Positions 58,354 through 64,000 of a stretch of DNA of 64,000 nucleotides are shown in pieces. The stretch is taken from assembly GCF_009914755.1 (NCBI RefSeq), contig NC_060937.1. One strand, given 5' to 3'. Positions within the stretch are counted from its first letter, which is position 1. Each line of letters opens with the position of its first letter. The notes below the pieces were generated by a model, which was not told where the DNA came from, ran no database searches, and saw nothing but the letters and a program-made list of their open reading frames with translations. Source of the stretch: the human T2T-CHM13v2.0 reference genome, Homo sapiens. Both the position numbers and the translations under genes were made by a program.

Positions 58354-60297
58354 CTTTTTTTTTTTTAACTTTAAGTTCTAGGGTACATGTGCACAACGTG
58401 CAGGTTTGTTACATATGTATACGTGTGTCATGTTGGTGTGCTGCACCCATTAACTCATCATTTACATTAGGTATATCTCCTGATGCTATCCTTACCCCCT
58501 CCCCCCACCCCACAACAGGCCCCAGAGTGTGATGTTCCCCTTCCTGTGTCCAAGTGTTCTCATTGTTCAATTCTCACCTATGAGTGAGAACATGTGGTGT
58601 TTGATTTTTTGTCCTTGCGATCGTTTGCTGAGAATGATGGTTTCCAGCTTCATCCATGTCCCTACAAAGGATATGAACTCATCCTTTTTTATGGCTGCAT
58701 AGTATTCCGTGGTGTATATGTGCCACATTTTCTTAATCCAGTCTATCATTGATGGACATTTGGGTTGGTGCCAAGTCTTTGCTATTGTGAATAGTGGTGC
58801 AATAAACATACGTGTGCATGTGTCTTTATAGCAGCATGATTTATAATCCTTTAGGTATATACCCAGTAATGGAGTGGCTGGGTCAAATGGTATTTCTAGT
58901 TCTAGATCCTTGAGGAATCGCCACACTGTCTTCCACAATGGTTGAACTAGTTTACATTCCCACCAACAGTGTTAAAGTGTTCCTATTTCTCCACATCCTC
59001 TCCAGCACCTGTTGTTTCCTGACTTTTTAATGATTGCCATTCTAACTGGTGTGAGATGGTATCTCATTGTGGTTTTGATTTGCATTTCTCTGATGGCCAG
59101 GGATGATGAACATTTTTTCATGTGTCTGTTGGCTGCATAAATTTCTTCTTTTGAGAGGTGTCTGTTCATATCCTTCGCCCACTTTTTGATGGGGTTGTTT
59201 TTTTCTTGTAAATTTGTTTGAGTTCTTTGTAGATTCTGGTTATTAGCCCTTTGTCAGATGAGTAGATTGCAAAAATTTTCTCCCATTTTGTAGGCTGCCT
59301 GTTCACTCTGATGGTAGTTTCTTTTGCTGTGCAGAAGCTCTTTAGTTTAATTAGAACCCATTTGTCAATTTTGGCTTTTGTTACCATTGCTTTTGGTGTT
59401 TTAGACATGAAGTCCTTGCCCATGCCTATGTCCTGAATGGTATTGCCTAGGTTTTCTTCTAGGGTTTTTTTATGGTTTTAGGTCTAACATTTAAATCTTT
59501 AATCCATCTTGAATTAATTTTTGTATAAAGTATAAGGAAGTGATCCAGTTTCACCCTTCTACATATGGCTAGCCAGTTTTCCCAGCACCATTTATTAAAT
59601 AGGGAATCCTTACCCCATTTCTTGTTTTTGTGAAGTTTGTCAAAGATCAGATGGTTGTAGATGAGTGATATTATTTCTGAGGGCTCTGTTCTGTTCCATT
59701 GGTCTATATCTCTGTTTTGGTACCGGTACCACGCTGTTTTGGTTACTGTAGCCTTGTAGTATAGTTTGAAGTCAGGTAGCGTGATGTCTCCAGCTTTGTT
59801 CTTTTGGCTTAGGATTGTCTTGACAATGCAGGCTCCTTTTTGGTTCCATATGAACTTTAAAGTAGTTTTTTCCAATTCTGTCAAGAAAGTCATTGGTAGC
59901 TTGATGGGGATGGCATTGAATCTATAAATTACCTTAGGCAGTTTGGCCATTTTCACGATATTGATTCTTCTTATCCATGAGCATGGAATGTTCTTCCATT
60001 TGTTTGTGTCCTCTTTTATTTCATTGAGCAGTGGTTTGTAGTTCTCCTTGAAGAGGTTCTTCACATCCCTGGTAAGTTGGATTCCTAGGTATTTTATTCT
60101 CTTTGAAGCAATTGTGAATGGGAATTCACCCATGATTTGTCTCTCTGTCTGTTATTAGTGTATAAGAATGCTTGTGATTTTTGTACATTGATTTTGTATC
60201 CTGAGACTTTGCTGAAGTTGTTTATGAGCTTAAAGAGATTTTGGGCTGAGACGATGGGGTTTTCTAAATATACAATCTTGTCATCTGCAAACAGGGA
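58354..60297 (-). mobile_element. 5'-truncated L1PA (younger primate subfamily), ~1.9 kb
   Basis: ORF2 RT/C-terminal fragments ([12 protein letters not shown]; WKNIPCSW); poly-T; TSD TACATGTCCTCTTTC (58339-58353) / TACATGTCCCCTTTC (60298-60312). Confidence 0.97.
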
Positions 60298-61189
60298 TAC
60301 ATGTCCCCTTTCTAACTTCATAGATAACAATAAAAATAAGCTTCAAATCAAATTCTGTCACACACTACACATCTAATTGTAAAATAACAATAACAAATAC
60401 CCCCAAACCTGACAATTGAACATTCACTTCCAAGACTCAGTATCATTTCATCAGCTAATTGCATAAAATGTGCACTAGAATCAAATTAAATAATATCAGA
60501 TTGTCAATTAACCATACAATCAAAGGTAGTTAACAATAATCCTCTAAGTCAGTGGCAAATGAAATACCATTTCAGGTTCAAGTGTCAGGAGTCACCTCAA
60601 AGAATAGAGAAAACTAAACTCATCAGATCCAATACACTGTTCAGGTAAAGACAGATAAGCCTATACAACCATTCTAGCTAATACTTTATTTTGAACTCCA
60701 CTCACTTCATTAACAGTAATCTATTTATAATTGTTAATAAAGCATCTTTATTAAGAGTTGCTGATCAGAAATATAGTGAATAAAGACTATTATGGCTTCT
60801 TCTGTAGTGCTTTTAAAATACTATTTAATCGTCTTTGTAAAATGTAATTCTGATCAGGATGTTAGACAATTGGGCATATATTAAACCGAATGCAAACATA
60901 CCCACAAACAGGTGCAGGTATGTATGGGGACACACACAAACACACATTCATTCACACAGACACCATTAGTATAAGTTTGACATAACTCTCTTAGGTCTTA
61001 TGACTGATAACTGAGACCATTTGTGTACTGTTTATTGTTTGTTCCAGGAAACTGCACAGGAAAGATAAGATTATAAGCCAGTACATAATATCACTCTTTT
61101 GCTTTCAGAAATTTTTGCAGATTAATTTATCTGTGACAACTTTCTGCTCTTCAAGGTGAATACTTTCTTTAGTCAAACAGAATTTTCCC

Positions 61190-61465
61190 TATCAAACAGC
61201 ATGTTAAGATTGTTTCAAGATTCTCATTCCACAGGTTAACCAATCCTGAACTATCACATCACAGGCTTTGCTCAATCCCAGTCAGTTCACTGGCTTGATG
61301 AACCCTCTGAGATCATTTGATCTCAGGCCCAAAACCCTATAAATATCTTCCACCTACTACTCCTTTCCAAGACATGGCTAATAATCTGTCAAAGGTGTAC
61401 TCACACTTTACAGAATTTTAATAAACAGAGCTTTGCTTAATTAACAGTTGTCTGGTGATATTATA
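61190..61465. mobile_element. Old ERV1 LTR (MER31/MER67-like)
   Basis: 'caggcccaaaaccctataaata...aataaacagagctttgcttaattaacagttgtctggtg'. Confidence 0.5.
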
Positions 61466-61477
61466 TAGTTCACTACC

Positions 61478-61620
61478 TATCGGGTACTATGCTTATTACC
61501 TATGTGGCAAAATATTCTGTACACCAAACTCTATGACATGCAATTTACCTAACAAACCTGCACATGCACACTTGAACCCAAAATACAAGTTAAAAAATAA
61601 ATAAGTAAAAATAAAATGAA
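61478..61620 (+). mobile_element. Short L1PA 3' end fragment
   Basis: 'gggtactatgcttattacct...aacaaacctgcacatgcacacttgaacccaaaatacaagttaaaaaata'. Confidence 0.85.
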
Positions 61621-62697
61621 ACAAACCATGGCCACCATGACTACCTGAGCACAGTTGGCACACATAATGAAAACTGTGAAACCTGGTACAGAATTGGTAC
61701 TCAAATAATATTTGAATATCAATGCAGACATGAATCATTGCTATTTCTTTCATCGTGCCATCGTGGGTATTCTCTTGTCGTCCAAAGTATATTCTCCTAC
61801 AAGTCTCATTTCAAATTCTACTTGGTTCAGAAGGTTTTCTGACTTCTCCAGTACAAACTGACTTTATTGTACTGTTACACACTATGGCATTAATTTATTA
61901 CAAAATATGTATTTTTTTGTGTGTGTTACTATCCTTGGGGCATGGATTGATTTGGACAATTACCTTATTATGAGATTTTTGAGACCAATGTTGTCTTTTA
62001 CACTTTTTGCTTTTATAGCCACTGTGTTGCTCCCACCTCCATCCAGATGTGCTTTAAGGTCTTGCAATCACAGGAATCTACACATTATTTTTTAAAATTT
62101 AATTACTTGTATTTTACCTTCCTTTCCTGGGTTGTGATTTTTAATGGCTATGTTTAATATAAAAACAGTTGAATGTAATTTTTAATTAAATATATCAAAA
62201 ATAAATCTCATTGAGGATAGTTTTAACTTGGTTACACTGTTTTCATAATAATGAAGTACCCATGCTCTTAAATTTTATTATAGGTGATCTTGACTTCACA
62301 TGTATATATTAAGTATAGTTATTAGTGTCTGAAAAGTTATTCTAAATTCAGAAATAGACAAAAGAAAATTCTGGGTGTTCTGTCGGTACAGTATTGAGAC
62401 TGATGTATTATTGTTTGTGATACAACTCTGTAGGGACAGAGGTTAACTTGTAATTATTGGCCAGTAAAGATGAAAGTATGTTTCCTCCATTGGGACAAAT
62501 AACAACATAGACAGTGGTTTATGGCCTTGTTGGATTTTAACCAGCTTTGTTAAAAATTCCAGTTTTGTATTTTATCCAAATATATTTTGTTAAATTGCTT
62601 AAAATCTCAAATGTTCTTTGGAGCAATTTTAACATCTTATTGGTTTTCTCAATAATTGATGATTTAAATAAAATCATTGGCACCTGATTTTATAAAC

Positions 62698-62771
62698 TTA
62701 CATAAAATCACAATATTACCTTTATGAAATTTTAGAAATTTACATAAAGTCGCAATATTACCTTTATGAAA
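62698..62771. repeat. Two-copy tandem duplication (period ~42 bp)
   Basis: 'ttacataaaatcacaatattacctttatgaaa' / 'ttacataaagtcgcaatattacctttatgaaa'. Confidence 0.85.
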
Positions 62772-63272
62772 AATACTCTTTAGGACACTAGTTGTTGAGT
62801 CATGGTTGATATTGGTATTTTATCCAACTTTATAGGCATTTTATGAGTAAGATAATACTTTTTGTTAGTAAAATCCAGACTAAGCAGTAACCTAATTTAA
62901 CAATGGTGCTAATCTAATATTTTCCTCACTCAAGTTGTAAGAGTAAAATAAAGAAAACCCCACTATGTATAAAAAGCCAGTATTTTAAGAAAATTTTCTA
63001 AGATTGTGCAATTACTCTTAGGGAGTGAGGAGCTCATCTGTTTGGGAAAACTTTGTTAAAATCTTTTGATTAAACAAAGATACGTACAAGTGTATTTCTT
63101 GTGTGAGAAGTATTTTAGGTGATTCTCTTCAAGTTTTCAAACTTTGCGTTAATTCACCTTAGCACTGTTTGTAAAATGCAGACTCTTCGGTTCTACTTCC
63201 AGGAAATTTGATGATTGAGTAGTCCTGTTTGAAATAAATAACTTCGAATCAGCCTTAAAAACACAGTACCCA

Positions 63273-63700
63273 TGTGCTGTTTATTCTCCATCGACCTCCC
63301 AATGCATATGTTTCATTCTTTCTCTCCTGCTCTGAGCCCTGGGAGATTGAGTGCTATACAGATTGGATAACTCTCTTTCCTTCTGGATTCTGGTTGGCTT
63401 CAACCAATGAAGGCATAGAAGGAGGTAAAATGAAGAAAAAGAGTGAGTTCAGGTTACATAGTTCTTTACTGCCCTGCTTTTGTGTGTTTTTGAAAGTGGT
63501 TGCATCCCTATAGAACTATAGCTTCTGTAAGTTGACTAAATTCTTACTTGGGGTTCAGTGCTGGAAATGGTTTCCAGTTGTTACTGGTCCCTGAGTAGCT
63601 TGAAACATCCTATGAAATCACTTAATCCCATCTACAACACTTACTTATTTCAATATAGTAGTTTAAAAATATGGGTTCAATAGGCTGCCTTTTGAGGGAA
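63273..63700. mobile_element. Old MaLR (MLT1-like) LTR
   Basis: 'ctggattctggttggcttcaaccaatgaaggcatagaagg...tggaaatggtttccagttgttactggtccctg'. Confidence 0.45.
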
Positions 63701-64000
63701 CTAACATTAAAAATAAATAAAATGCAATTGTCATTGTATCTACTTTTTAGGAATAGTTCTCTAACATGGCTGTGCATACTTCAGCAAATTTAAAGTTCTT
63801 TTCTCCTTACATCTGGTATGAGTAGCACATGTAAAGGGTAATTATAATAATTATAATAACTATTACAATTATAATAATGGTGGCTTCAGAATTAAATTAC
63901 TTTAGATATTATTAGTTCTTAGCCTTTTTTGGCTTATCATCATTTATACAAAAAGATGACAACTGTGGTTTCCACAACACTACATAATACACATGGGCAC

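Overview
This is primate, very likely human, non-coding DNA. It is an AT-rich, L1/LTR-dense gene desert (1-39000 and 53340-64000) containing a compositionally foreign, Alu-rich block of about 14.3 kb (39001-53337). The block carries two same-strand OR7E olfactory-receptor pseudogenes followed by a ~4.4-kb SATR1/SATR2 satellite array, the architecture of the OR7E ('7E') segmental duplications. No intact protein-coding gene is supported; the listed ORFs are L1, Alu, LTR, satellite or OR-pseudogene fragments. The most striking structure is at the block ends. They carry a perfect 19-bp inverted repeat (AGGAACCATCTAGGAACAA at 39001-39019, reverse complement at 53319-53337). The left end cuts a MADE1 palindrome at its tip and is followed by a hairpin-forming 38-bp tandem repeat, and the right end follows an AT-rich orientation switch in the satellite. 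Two further local inverted duplications occur (in MER41B and in an L1 nested in MER6A). Repeat subfamily names and locus names come from recollection of consensus sequences and were not checked by search.
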